Origin: Rhizodiscina lignyota | Lineage: Eukaryota | Direction: 5' to 3' | Assembly (NCBI GenBank): GCA_010015805.1 | Contig: ML978133.1 | Coordinates: forward strand, 496,001-560,000 | DNA length: 64,000 nt | In this document: positions 11,517 through 23,452 of the stretch, in pieces | Layout: each line of letters opens with the position of its first letter | Position numbering within the stretch: the stretch's first letter is position 1 | Made by a program: the position numbers and the translations under genes | Notes under the pieces: generated by a model | Seen by the model: the letters and a program-made list of their open reading frames with translations, nothing else | Databases searched by the model: none | Told to the model about the DNA's origin: nothing

Positions 11517-12869
11517 ATGGCGAGTCCAATAGCAGATTTTGAGGCGCAGCTTGAGAAGTTGACGGCGCGGGGCACGAAGGATGTGCCTGCTGTTATATTG
11601 TCGGCGATTGATAGTACAGGTAAGGTTTTATGCTCGCCCATTAGAGCAGTGCCGCGAATTATCGCATGGATGCCCTAAGATCTGCTTCACGTACGTTCAG
11701 TTAGCACGATCTAACAGCATCCGCCAGGCAAAGAATTTTACTCCAAGACTAGCGGCTACAATGGCCTCTCTCCCGATGCGCCGCCCGTCGAAAAGGACGC
11801 CACTCTCTGGATAGCCTCCTGCACGAAGCTTCTCGCATCCATCTCTGCGCTGCAGTTGGTCGAACGCGGGCTATGGGACATTAATGATCCTGTTGAGACG
11901 CTGATTCCAGAGCTCAAGGACCCGGATATCGTTTCCCTGACAGACGTCAACGATCCCAGTAGTTTGCAGACCCAGAAGGCGCAAGGCAAGATCACGCTCC
12001 GCCAGCTGTTGACGCACACGAGCGGGTTGGTGTACGAGTTCACCAACGCGGCTCCGCAACTCGCGGCGTGGCGGGAGAAGACCGGGACTCCACAGATACG
12101 CGGTACGGTCATCGACTACTACAATGTGCCGCTGGTTTTTGAGCCGGGAAAGGGCTGGGCGTATGGGCCGGGCATTGACTGGGCGGGTGTGCTGGTTGAG
12201 CGGTTGAATGGCGGGAAGACGTTGGGGGAGTACATTAAGGAGAACATTTTCGGCAGACTAGGCGAGGGAGTAGGGAAGAGCTCGACGTTTAGGCTGCATA
12301 GTCCCGAGGCGAAAGAGGCGAAGATCAAGGAGAGGTTGCTGAAGAATACGCTCAGACAGGCGGATGGCAACTTTGTGGAGGAGCCGTATGGCTTTGAGGA
12401 GGACACGAAGGAGGACTCGGGAGGTGCGGGCTTGTGGTCCAACGTCCCAGATTATACCGCTGTCCTCGCAGACCTGATTGCACCGGAGCCAAAGTTACTG
12501 AAGAAGGAGACGGTCGAGAAATACCTGTATTCACCACACATTGAGGATCCAGCCGCGCTGCGCATGCTCATCAAGGCGAGGACGAACATGACGCCACAGG
12601 ACGCATCTCTGGCTGCAAGTTACGACCCATCGCAGATGGGCGTCAATCATGCTCTTGGGGGGATGCTCTCGCTGAAGGATACAGAGGTGCTGCCCAAAGG
12701 CACGCTGGCGTGGGGCGGCCTGCCGAACCTGAAGTGGTTTGCCAATCGGGAGAAGGGCATCGCGGCCATGTTCGCGGCGCAGGTCACGCCCGCGGGGGAC
12801 CAGACGACGCAGGAGCTGGCGGCTAGGTATTTCGTGGAAATTTGGAAGCTGGTAAATGCGAAGAAGTAG
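11517..12869 (+). CDS. Beta-lactamase-family serine hydrolase (LovD/EstB-like esterase)
   Basis: SxxK (ASCTK), LRQLLTHTSG, FEPGKGWAYG and WGGLPNLKW motifs; one intron near 11620-11727. Confidence 0.92.
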
Positions 12870-13571
12870 TTAAGTCCTCTGTCTGAAACGGTGCAATTAA
12901 GGGAGCGGCCTCGATAGAGCATAGCCCTAAGTCAATCCGGATGTGCAGCGGGCGTCTATCAGCTCTATTAAGGCAACGCAATATATGATCACAGAGATCT
13001 TAAGCGACATAACTTGTTTTCCAAAGTGTGCTTTTAACTGTTTATTGTGTTCCAGGGCTTCGCGGCTCGCTTGCAAGTGAAGTACCCAACTATTAATTAA
13101 CCACCCCTGCCAAGCGACGTCTTGAAACCTTCTACAGCTACCCGCCTATCACGCCGGTCAAGCTGGGTTAATATATTTCGAAATATGCTTCGTTTCATCA
13201 CACCTTAATCATTAAAACTACTGGCTCTTGCTCCATAATTATCCCTGTCTCCTTGGACGATTGAATGAATGCCATTTGGCCGCCGAACAACCGTTTCCAA
13301 GGCCCTTGTCATACATCTATCTCATTTGCTATCATCTCCGTAGTGTCGTCGACCAGACCCATCTCTCATATCGTGCAGGAATGAGGCTCAATCTACTTTG
13401 AGCCCGCCGTCTAAGGTTAATTATCCTAGGGCTACAAGCTTTTCCTTTTAAATATCTGAGATCTGGCTCTCGAAAGGTAGGCAGGCACGGCAGCTTCTTC
13501 TTCTTCATCCACCACACTCCTTCATTTCGACATTCTATTCTTCCGTCGTCGACGACACCATTCGCTTCAAA

Positions 13572-14420
13572 ATGCATTCCATTCTTTTCGCCTCCCTTCT
13601 TTTTGTCGCCGCGCCACTGGTGGCCGGTCACGGCCACGTCACGTCTCCAATCGCTCGCAGCCCTGGCGATGCCTTCAAAGCCAACTGCGGCGCTCAGCTC
13701 TACAGTCAACAGACCTCCGACATCAACGGCAACCTCCAAGGCGAAATGCAGGTTGCCGCCGGCCAGGCAGACTACAACCCAGCAAAATGCAACCTCAACC
13801 TCTGCAAGGGCTTCCAGTTCGCCGACAACACGGCCAATGTAGAGTCGTACACCGCAGGCCAGAAGGTCCCAATCTCGGTGGTGATTGCGGCACCGCACAC
13901 CGGCAGAATGAACGTGAGCGTCGTGGATCTCGCGAGCAATACGCCCATCGGAGACCCGTTGATCTACGACGGTGACTATGCGAGCAATTCGCACACGATT
14001 CCCGCCAACAACACCGCCTTTTCCATCACCATGCCGGACGTCGCCTCGCAGTGCGCTGAAGCTGGAAAATGTGCCCTCCAGTGGTGGTGGGACGCCACGA
14101 GCATCAACCAGACGTACGAGAGCTGTATCGACTTCACTATGGGAGGATCTGGCAGCGCTGCTGGGAGCTCGCCGGCCGCTTCTTCGTCCGCCGCTGTCCC
14201 TGCTAGTTCTTCCATGGCACTCCCATCATCTTCTGCCGCCGCAGTGTCCGCTCCCTCTTCTGCTGCGACCTCCGCTTTAGCAGTAGCAACAACCTCGGCC
14301 GCGGCAGTCTCGACAACGACTACTGCTCCTGCTGATACAACGCCTTCGGCATCCCCGTCGGCAGGTGGAAGTAGCTGCAAGCGCAGAGTTAAGCGAAATT
14401 CGATGGGCAACAACGCTTGA
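13572..14420 (+). CDS. Secreted copper LPMO-fold protein, AA16 family, with a Ser/Ala/Thr-rich tail
   Basis: Signal peptide ends directly before His1 (HGHVTSP); LCKGFQFADN, APHTG and QWWW..QTYESC motifs match my recollection of AA16 proteins. Confidence 0.88.
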   Translation: MHSILFASLLFVAAPLVAGHGHVTSPIARSPGDAFKANCGAQLYSQQTSDINGNLQGEMQVAAGQADYNPAKCNLNLCKGFQFADNTANVESYTAGQKVPISVVIAAPHTGRMNVSVVDLASNTPIGDPLIYDGDYASNSHTIPANNTAFSITMPDVASQCAEAGKCALQWWWDATSINQTYESCIDFTMGGSGSAAGSSPAASSSAAVPASSSMALPSSSAAAVSAPSSAATSALAVATTSAAAVSTTTTAPADTTPSASPSAGGSSCKRRVKRNSMGNNA

Positions 14421-14779
14421 GCCATGAGGGTATACGAAATGATCTGATTCTGCCTGTAAATACTTAGAGTCGAAACAATTGAAGAGTGATCTTGGAACGT
14501 TAAACTATCGTCGAACAATGCAATTGATCGTGATGAGAGTCTTGATCTGTGCCTAGAGACTACTTTAACGTCAATCTGTACCTTGATCCTACCTGGACGC
14601 AGAATGTGGAGAGGCTTAAATCGTAGAGGCCAATCTTCAGACCAAGGATAGTTGGAGAATTTCAACCCTGATGCGAAACATATGTGATCTTTGCCTCGTT
14701 CCTTGGTCTATTTTAACATGCCACCGAATAGCTGGGTATCGTCATTAATCCGTACAATCAATGAAAAGCAGATCATCTC

Positions 14780-15472
14780 TCATTCCACTCTTCTTTGTGC
14801 GGAGCCTCGCGAATCGCCGTCCGCATCGGCAGCAACTCCTCTAACAGCGTCCGTAATGAGCTCACGGAGTTGCGCTTGACCCTGGTCACTCTGGAAATCA
14901 TCTCTGGCTGCCAGCTCCTCAATCCTGCGCCGGAATTCTGGGTCTGGCCCATCTTCAGGGGGTTCTTGTACAGTGCCCAGATTAATTTGTACATTTGGAG
15001 GCAGTGGCGGAGGAGGATGTACTCCATTGGTCTGCTGTTCGGCCAACGTGGATGTCGATGCGATGCCGTCAGGTCCGGATCGCGTCCTCAGGTACTCTAC
15101 GACTTCCGGATAGTCGCCCTCGCCCTCTATCTTCTCTAATGCCGCCATACCTTCGCTGTTCTTCGCATCGATATCCGCTCCTAGCTCCTCGACTAAACAT
15201 CTCGCGATTTCTTCGCTCTCAACAACGAAGAGCGGTGTCTCGCCGTCCTCGTCTCTCAAATTCACATCCACGCCATAATTGCGGACAAGCTCTCGCAACA
15301 AGTCCAACTGCGCGTACGACGTCGCAGCGTGGACGAGGGAATAGCCGTGCTCATCTTGCTCCGATGCAAGCGACGGGTGTTGCGCCAGCGATTGGAGGAC
15401 TGAGGAGGGCCGATCTGGGACGAGGTTGAGAAGCACAGAGATGTTGGGGATTGGAGTGGGTGGAGGAGGCAT
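14780..15472 (-). CDS. Ankyrin-repeat protein (YCR051W-like)
   Basis: QDEHGYSLVHAATSY and DEDGETPLF ankyrin motifs; the start at 15472 is inferred (the ORF is open to 15556). Confidence 0.85.
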   Translation of the reverse strand: MPPPPTPIPNISVLLNLVPDRPSSVLQSLAQHPSLASEQDEHGYSLVHAATSYAQLDLLRELVRNYGVDVNLRDEDGETPLFVVESEEIARCLVEELGADIDAKNSEGMAALEKIEGEGDYPEVVEYLRTRSGPDGIASTSTLAEQQTNGVHPPPPLPPNVQINLGTVQEPPEDGPDPEFRRRIEELAARDDFQSDQGQAQLRELITDAVRGVAADADGDSRGSAQRRVE

Positions 15473-16027
15473 CGGACCCGCGGAAATGGTGTCTTTTCTA
15501 TTCCAGGAGTGGTCGTAAGCTCGACATTGCGGCTGGTTGGGGCATGAGTGGCTCAATCCAAAAAGTTGACGATGCTGCCCCCCTCACCGAAGTTCTTCCG
15601 CAAGCGAGAAAGGCGGCTCAGCCACGACAAGGGTGACGAAGCTGGTGGCGAGCATCCTGGGCGAGCCAACTGCATGCGGTAAAATGGCACACGACCCCAC
15701 CCATTGTCTGTCCATAGTTTCGGGACGCAACCGAGGGGGCCCAATCATCCGTACGAATATGACATATCAGGCATGAATCATGATGCTAACGGAAGTCAAA
15801 GCGCAAGTCCATGCGGACCGCTGCTCCTCAGCTCCTGCACTGCCATTGTCATATGGCGGGTCGTCGCTTTCATTATAGCTAATCTCACCTGAAGCTTATT
15901 AACCTAGCTGGCCTTTCTCAGCGCGAACCTATCTTTGTTCGATGTCCTTTTACCTCTTGTTGTGATTCTCATTTCGCAGTGCCAGAACTCCTTCGTAGCG
16001 GCAACGGACGATATTCAGGATTTCCAC

Positions 16028-17298
16028 ATGGAGAGGTTCAACTTTGCTTCGAAAAGACTTGTAGTTTCATACATATTTGACTGGTTCGTGATATTGTAGG
16101 TCCACCCATACCCATGTGCCGCCTGTTGTTCGGTAGCAAGCCGCATTTCACTCATCCTCCAGCGACACATTACGCTCATCACGAATCGAGGTTCGCTAAC
16201 GGGAATGATAGCGCTATTGCAGCCGTCGGCGGAGGATGGAATTCCATACATCCATATCACCGGCCATTCTCGGTCACTGATCTCAGCATCTCATATCCGT
16301 ACCAAGACGAAATCATTAAAACGTGGATCCTTGTTCTGGTCGCTCTGATAGCTCCAGGCATCATTATCGTCTTTGTCAGTTTGTTCTTCGTCCCCGGTCC
16401 TACTGCGACTCGGCAAGCATCAAAAGCTCTCGTTTGGAAAAGGAAATTGTGGGAATGGAACGCTGGTTGGATGGGCCTCGGCCTGTCTCTTGCCACAGCC
16501 TTCATGTTTACACAGGGAATGAAACTCCTCTTTGGCAAACCACGTCCAGATTTACTCTCACGATGCCAACCGGATCTAAACGCCCTTGCTGCACATGCGG
16601 TTGGCAGTTACGCGCGAGGTTTCTCGCCCGAATGGATTCTTGTGGATTCGGGTATATGCCAGCAGACTGATAGAGGAATGCTTGATGATGGCTTCAAGAG
16701 CTTTCCAAGCGGTCATGCTTCGTTCTCATGGGCTGGCCTCCTCTATCTCAGTCTCTTTTTGAGCTCTAAATTCGCAATCGCAATCCCATTCCTCCCATCG
16801 AGACTGTATTCACCGGAGTCAGCAGCCCTTGAGAATGAACAACGACAAGTCCTCCCACTTTACCAACAACAAGAACTCGGTCCACTGTCCAAGGCTTCAG
16901 GAGCAGAAGACGGTTCTGCCGCCAATAGATCTGTCATGTCAATACGCAATCAAGCGGCCGCGCCTCCAACATGGACATTGGTCCTTGCCATCATTCCTAT
17001 TGCAGCAGCGATTTACATCTGCTCCACGCGATACGCTCAGTTCTACCACTTTGGCGCTGACATCATCGGCGGTTCGGTTATTGGCATTATTGCTGCCTGG
17101 TTTTCATTCCGGTGGTATCATTTGCCAATCAGAACCGGCGCTGGGTGGGCATGGGGAGCAAGGAGTAGAGATCGCGCATTTGGCATTGGAGTGGGGATGC
17201 TCAACTACGTTGGCCCTGAAGGATGGGGACCGGCGGAGAAGAGAACAGCTGTCAGCGATGCCGAGAATGTGCAAGAGCATGGCGATAGGAGTCGATGA
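16028..17298 (+). CDS. PAP2-family lipid phosphate phosphatase (DPP1-like)
   Basis: KxxxxxxRP, SFPSGH and RxxxxxHxxxD motifs; several TM segments; one intron near 16096-16211. Confidence 0.9.
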
Positions 17299-17698
17299 GA
17301 TATCTGTGGAGGATAAGTGGTGTGAACTCTTGAGGTATGTTTTGATGCCAATCAGCGAACTATATGTCTACATTAGCGCGGCGTTCAATTGTCTGGATTT
17401 AACTCAGCGTACATTTTCTTACGAGCATAATGCCGAATTTAATTACTTAATTTCATCACCAAGTTGAAGAGTTCGTCGACTCATCTTGAAGTCAGAAAAA
17501 TATATCGGGACACGTGCAGACCAGACAGCCGCTTATTTAATCATAAACTTGCTTATTAAGGACATGCAAGGAATAAGCGAAGAATAAATATGGGGCATGC
17601 CAAGGGGTGGAGTGCATTAGAGAGAACGAAATAGCGACTCCTCCTCTCCATCTCCAACATTGCCGCAAAAAGCTTTCGTTTCGAATCCACGCTTCGAA

Positions 17699-18866
17699 TC
17701 AAAACTTCAACACCAGCCTGCCTTTCAAGTGAGGATCCATGTACATCTGGGGCAAGTCTGGCACCTTCTCTAATGGCACTGTCGTGATATGAGAGCGGAT
17801 GCCAAACTTGTCCACGCAGGCCAACATGTCATCAGTCTCCGACTTAGTAGAGACCAAGGATCCTTTGATCGTTTTCTCCTGGAATATGACATCGAAAGCG
17901 TCAAGCTTCCATCCGTCCACTGGTAGTCCAAGAGGTACACAGACTCCGCGCGGCCTCAAAGCCTTCGTGCTCCATTGGATTGCTGAGTTATGATCCGTGC
18001 AGACTACGATGGCGGCAAGGCCTGCTCCCCCGGACCATTTTTTGACTTTCTCTAATGCATGATCGTCAAATTCGCTCAGGACTAGATCAGCCTTCAAGGG
18101 AAATCCCTGGGCTAAGTCTTTCCCTTCGATGCGATTATCGAGTGCGACAACAGGATGGCCAATCGCTTTTGCGAACTGTACGGCCAGAGTGCCTAATCCA
18201 CCGATTCCGATGATTCCAACCGGTTCAGAAGGTTTAGCGCCGCCAGCCTTGATACCATTCCAGACCGTCGCCTAAGGATGCATCCATCAGTGTCAAGTCC
18301 CAAGTTACTCAGTGGAGTCAACTGTACGTACACCTGCGCACATGAGTGGTGCCGCTTGTTCAAAGGGGATCGAGTCTGGAAGCAGGACTGTCGTCGCAGG
18401 GTCTGCGATGAAATACTCGGCCATACCACCATCGTTGTGGAGCCCAGCCGTCTCATTGTTCTCGCAGAATCGGACGTCATTGGTGGCTTTGCATCCTTCG
18501 CAGTGATGACATTGGTGCTTAAACAAAAGGGAGCCCACACGCTGTCCCACCTTCCATGGATCTTTGACTTTAGATCCAACGGCGACAATGGTCCCAACTG
18601 GCTCGTGGGAAGGCACCAAAGGAAGCTTTGAACCGTATACACCCTCCCACACTTGGTAATCTGTATGGCAGAATCCGGCGGCTCCCATTTTCAGAAGAAG
18701 ATCATTTTCGCCCAGCTGTGGAACCGGGATCTCTCGAATTTCATACTTCTTTTTGAACTGTCCGAATTTCATAAGCGCAGTATACAACATGTTAGTGAGG
18801 ATATTGAAGGCATGATACCTCAATCAGTTGAGCAGCTTTCATCGTTTTGGGAATTGATTCAGCCAT
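17699..18866 (-). CDS. Zinc-dependent alcohol dehydrogenase (MDR family)
   Basis: MAESIPKTMKAA start, CHTD, SHE (GHE variant), four-Cys structural Zn site, LMCAG and GIGGLG; two introns. Confidence 0.93.
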
Positions 18867-19373
18867 TGCGGGTCCTGGTCTGCGGAAGCTCAACTACCTG
18901 CTTTAGTCGCAGCTTGTTATTGCGGGCACAGTCTTTATAGGCCTCCTGCTCGCAAGTCATGGCTCATCCATTGCAATTACGGTCCATTGGCACAACAGAC
19001 GTCATGTTACGTGGGCCAAGCTTCGTCGGCTGGTTAACAATGGCGCTACGTGGTTTGGGATGCAACACAGCCAATATTACGAGCTGTCCGGAGTTAAGAT
19101 TCAGATCCTTGTCTCATTTGTCATTGCATTGCATCGTTTTTCTCAGTGTTCTTGGTTCTCCAGCTCCTCGCACTCACTTGGTTACATAATTCCCCATTTG
19201 AGCTATTAAACCCATACGTGTCTTTAGCCTTAGGAATCATTACGACTAAGAGCAAGAGATATTCCTCTTCTCCACGGGCGAACGATTTCCATAGTTCCAC
19301 TTCACATTCAGCTCTTCTTTCTCCATATCGTCGATCCGCATCGGCTGCTGGCACTTACAACCTGATTTGAAAG

Positions 19374-19685
19374 ATGGACAGTTCAACCGAAGTCATTGTC
19401 ACAGCACTCTATCGAAAGACCGAAAATTATAGATTCGACATGGATTACTGGCTCAAGAACCACATCCCACTGGCTCGAGAAACCTGGGGAAAGCACGGTC
19501 TGACCAGCTGCACTGCCTGTGGAATCGAGGATTCTGAATACTTCGCGAAGGCAGTCATTACGTAGACGAGTATGGATGGGTTGAACGCAGCTCTTACAGA
19601 TGAAGCCACAAAGAAGATCAATGACGACTATGGAAATTTCACCAATCTCCAGCCTATCATGATCGTTGGAAAGGTATTGAAATGA
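19374..19685 (+). pseudogene. EthD-domain protein with an in-frame TAG at 19563-19565
   Basis: FDMDYWLKNHIPL..WG and D..NFTNLQP EthD motifs lie in one frame on either side of the stop, which occupies the expected Trp position. Confidence 0.78.
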
Positions 19686-21543
19686 GCCGGGATCGCAAGT
19701 TGTCTTCATCGCCTGAGGTAAATGGAATCTTTGCTATCAATTTCTAAAATAATGCAAGCATTATGAGGACGAGCTAACGGTAGGATGCAACCAGCTCAAC
19801 TGTTTCTCCGAAAAGGCGACTATCGACGGGTTTGGAATCTGGTCGAAGCTGAACAATGATGCCTTGACGAAAGTGTATGCTGGGGCGCCTGAAGAGATAC
19901 TTGCTAAGGGGCTAGAACAACGTCAGCGAGATAAAACCCATCAAAGAAGTTTTTTAAAAAGATATTCCTGACCTTCCGCATACGCCGCAAAATTGCCTCT
20001 GTTTCGTGTTAGCCTGTCCTCAAACGCTATCAGGAGCTCCGCCATTACTGTCAAGGTATTCCCGCTTTGAACATTGGTGTCGAGGTATTCCTTCAAAACA
20101 CCTTAGGGATCTTTGAATGTTGCCGCATCTCTCTTGACGATGAAATTGACAGAACACGCTAGGGCACATGTCAGCAAGCTTGGTGGGCACACGGTGTTGT
20201 TCTCCTTACGGCCACCAGACCGACGGCAGTTGTCGCTGATGTGGGAATTAGTTACTTCTAAAGCAAATAATCCGTTAAATCTATGCCTACCAAAAGCAAA
20301 TCTGGGTGTGTTCAGGGAGACTTGAGAGGGCCACATGGACTCTCCCACAATTGCATGAGCCTTCCGGCATCGTGATGATAATATGGAAATGATCCTTTGT
20401 TTGGGACTTCAATTCAATATCTCTAAAGTAAAACTATGAGAGTCTTGGGCGAAAGCTAGCAATATTTATCGCCTTGGTCAAGATTCCAGATCGTCCTCCT
20501 CGTTCTCCTTTTGCCGTTTGCTGTGCTGTGTACAGGAAGAGATGGCTGTACAGAACCTGCAAATACGAAAGGATATGCCTGATCACAAATCTTGGCACAT
20601 ATCTTGGCCGACGGTCGAACACATATACTCTTTAGCTGAAGGCTCTTCAACTTGAGTTGCTACCAATCGGGAGCATACGATTGTTTTCAGGATTTCTTGT
20701 GAGGGTTGAAGTGCAGAAGGACCCTGAAACTTCCCAGTCTAGCTTAGTCAATCGGCTACGGACGAATCAGGTATTCGATTCCACCATACCATGCTCATTT
20801 CTTACTAGTTCCAACTTCAGCTCTGTCGCGAAGCTCTCTTATTTCGCACGACTCTCGGTCACGCCCAGATCCTCTTGTGCGTTTGCAGTTAATGCTGCTA
20901 TATCTCTGTAGACCTCTTGCAGCTTAACTCCGCCGCTAGATGCCAGGCGATCAGAGAAACTCATTGAAAGATGCGCCCATTCTTTCCCCACTGTTTTACC
21001 ATGTTCTGATTGGACACGCATCTGAAGCATTTCGCGGCGACGACTCGAGTTCTTCGTAGGAATGAGTGTCATTTCACCCTCAGCGCTTCGTCAGCATATT
21101 CTCCTGCTTACTCGAGCAATGCTCCAAACCAGCAACATTTCCGTGGGCTGAGATGGAGCCCACCTTGTTTCCCTGAACGCCCTCCACAAAGTCGCCGAAG
21201 TCACACTGGCTTAGCAGGGATATGCCAGCAACCTAGTTGAATATGATACCTGGAGACCCCGGAGTTTCTGAGTTGTGGTACAAGACTGGAAAGCTGATCG
21301 AAGTTTGGATGGCATCTATTCGCGGAGAATTACTTGTCGTGGCCCGGGCTGCATGCTGTGAACGGTGTGAACTCAGGCCGAGCCATATCCGCTCCAGTTT
21401 CAATCGTAATTTTTCCATTGAAGATTCATACGTCTCGTTTGATTAATGCAAAAGGTTGATGCATCCATTACTGGCCTATTTCGGTCTGTTAGCTGCAAGC
21501 AGAATCCATTGCTGTCAAGGAGAAGTATATACTTGCCCGTTAA

Positions 21544-22827
21544 TCAAGTACGTCCTGTTTCTCGAAGAGCCCAGGCAATGCAATCGTGCCATTCTGGTGG
21601 GAGAGCTTCACGGACAGCATCTACAGTCTCCTCGCCCCATCCTTGCATCCAAATATTGTCTCGTAGCCAATATAAAGCGACCGCATAGTTGGCTAGAATC
21701 GCGAGCGCTAGAGGTTCTCCAACGCATACCATTTCCCAGAATTCGGTTGGACTCAAGATTGGAAACAATGTCAGTGTTAATTGTGCTCGTCCATATGTAA
21801 CTGCAGCAGAGAGGTTGTTTCTCAATGTCTGAATGGCCGAAGTATATATGTCTTTCTCTGTGGCAGTCGAGACTACCAGCGATGTGCGCTGCAGGAGCTT
21901 AGATAGCATATCCTCAATCTCGTCCGGGAGCCTCTCCGAAGGAGGGATGGGTAACAGTAACACAGACCAACGGCTTCGTAGCAGTGCCTCATGGTCCGAC
22001 TTGACGATGACAGCCGATCGACGGAGAAGGACCAGAACTTGATGAATGTTTGCGATAGGGTCCATCCCGGACTCGGAAAAGCGCTGGATTCCAAACGAAT
22101 AAAATGTAACGATACAGGAGCACGCGAAGGCCGCGTCGAACCTGTTGGCCCCCTCAGATTTGATAGCCGCAATGTTGGAAAGGAATGGCCGAAACAAAGC
22201 GATGCCCAGACCATGGTGGTGGATAGCCGACATTGTGTATTTCTGGCGTGATATATCACATAGCGCAAAATGCAGTGCACTTAAACTCAGAAGACCATGG
22301 AGGAGAAAATCGTTTTCCAAGGCGAGCTCCGTGACCCAATCGCTCCAGAGGGATTGATCTCGGTCTTCGGGTATAGTAATGTCAGAAATACTTTTCGATG
22401 TGTGCAGAGTCCAGTGGGCCATCAATCTCAACCGCTCCCGTTCAACATCCGTGAAATGAGCTTCGACATTGGGTTGTTCAGTACTTGGTGTGGAAATGGC
22501 AAATGATCCTGGATCTCCAGACGAGTCATTGCTGTGCTCCTTGGAGGTACTGGATGGGTTTGATCCGCTGTCAGCCGAATTGGTATCTGTTTGTTCTTTC
22601 TGGCCTTCCACATCTTTGGCGGGGATGAATATCCAGTCGGAGGGTTGATCAATCAATGAGCAGTTTACTCCTATCCTCTCGCATCGACCACACTTCGGTC
22701 TATTCTCATCACACTGCACTAGTCAATGTTGAGAACGCAGAGGTAAAGACACACACACCTTTGTTCGATTTTTCTTGCACTGTAGACATCCATGACGACT
22801 CTTCGAGTGAAATCGTCTTTGGGACAT
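21544..22827 (-). CDS. Zn(II)2Cys6 transcription factor (Upc2-like group)
   Basis: HSKSRHGCLQCKKNRTK|CDENRPKCGRC..C across an intron; FLLHGLLSLSALH and ALAILANYAV C-terminal motifs. Confidence 0.92.
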
Positions 22828-23209
22828 GATGCGAATTCTTGCTTTGATTAATTCATGGGTACTCTATGCTTTTGGAGGACTAGATTGGTTTTAAGAATCC
22901 TCGAAATGAGAATGACTCTAGCTTCAAGAACCTATGAGCGTGAAATCTTGGATGCTGATCTTTCGACGTTGTGGTTTGAAAGGGCTGTTCAAGGGGTGTG
23001 CAATCACAGCAACTTATTAAGGCAAGCTATAATCGGTGTCCTCGGATGGCGATACCGATGATTTCGGCTGCTTTCATGGATCGTGCCATTCACGGAGGAC
23101 GGTAAGGAAATGTGGTGATGTCGCGGCCGTAACCACGTCGTAAGAGTCCGCCGGCCAAATTCGAGGAATTCACACGATCGCGCTGATCCCAAAACGGCAA
23201 TCTGTACGC

Positions 23210-23229
23210 TATACGAGATCTATATACGA
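23210..23229. promoter_or_regulatory. Two direct TATACGA motifs (reverse complement TCGTATA, Upc2/Ecm22-type element)
   Basis: TATACGA at 23210-23216 and 23223-23229 in the divergent promoter between the TF and the SDR. Confidence 0.45.
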
Positions 23230-23452
23230 ATCTGAGCTAGCGCGCCCCACTTACTGAGTATCTATCAGCGAATGATATGCCTCATCTTTGTTTAAGCTCT
23301 CGATGCTCGTTCTTCAAGACTGTCTGCTCCAGATCTTTCATGGTAATTATATTAGGGTTTGAGCATATAAATTCCCTTGGTGACGCAGCCATGCTCGGCT
23401 GTTTCCCTCATTCTCAAATGCAATACACTTTCCGACAACTACTTCTTTCACA

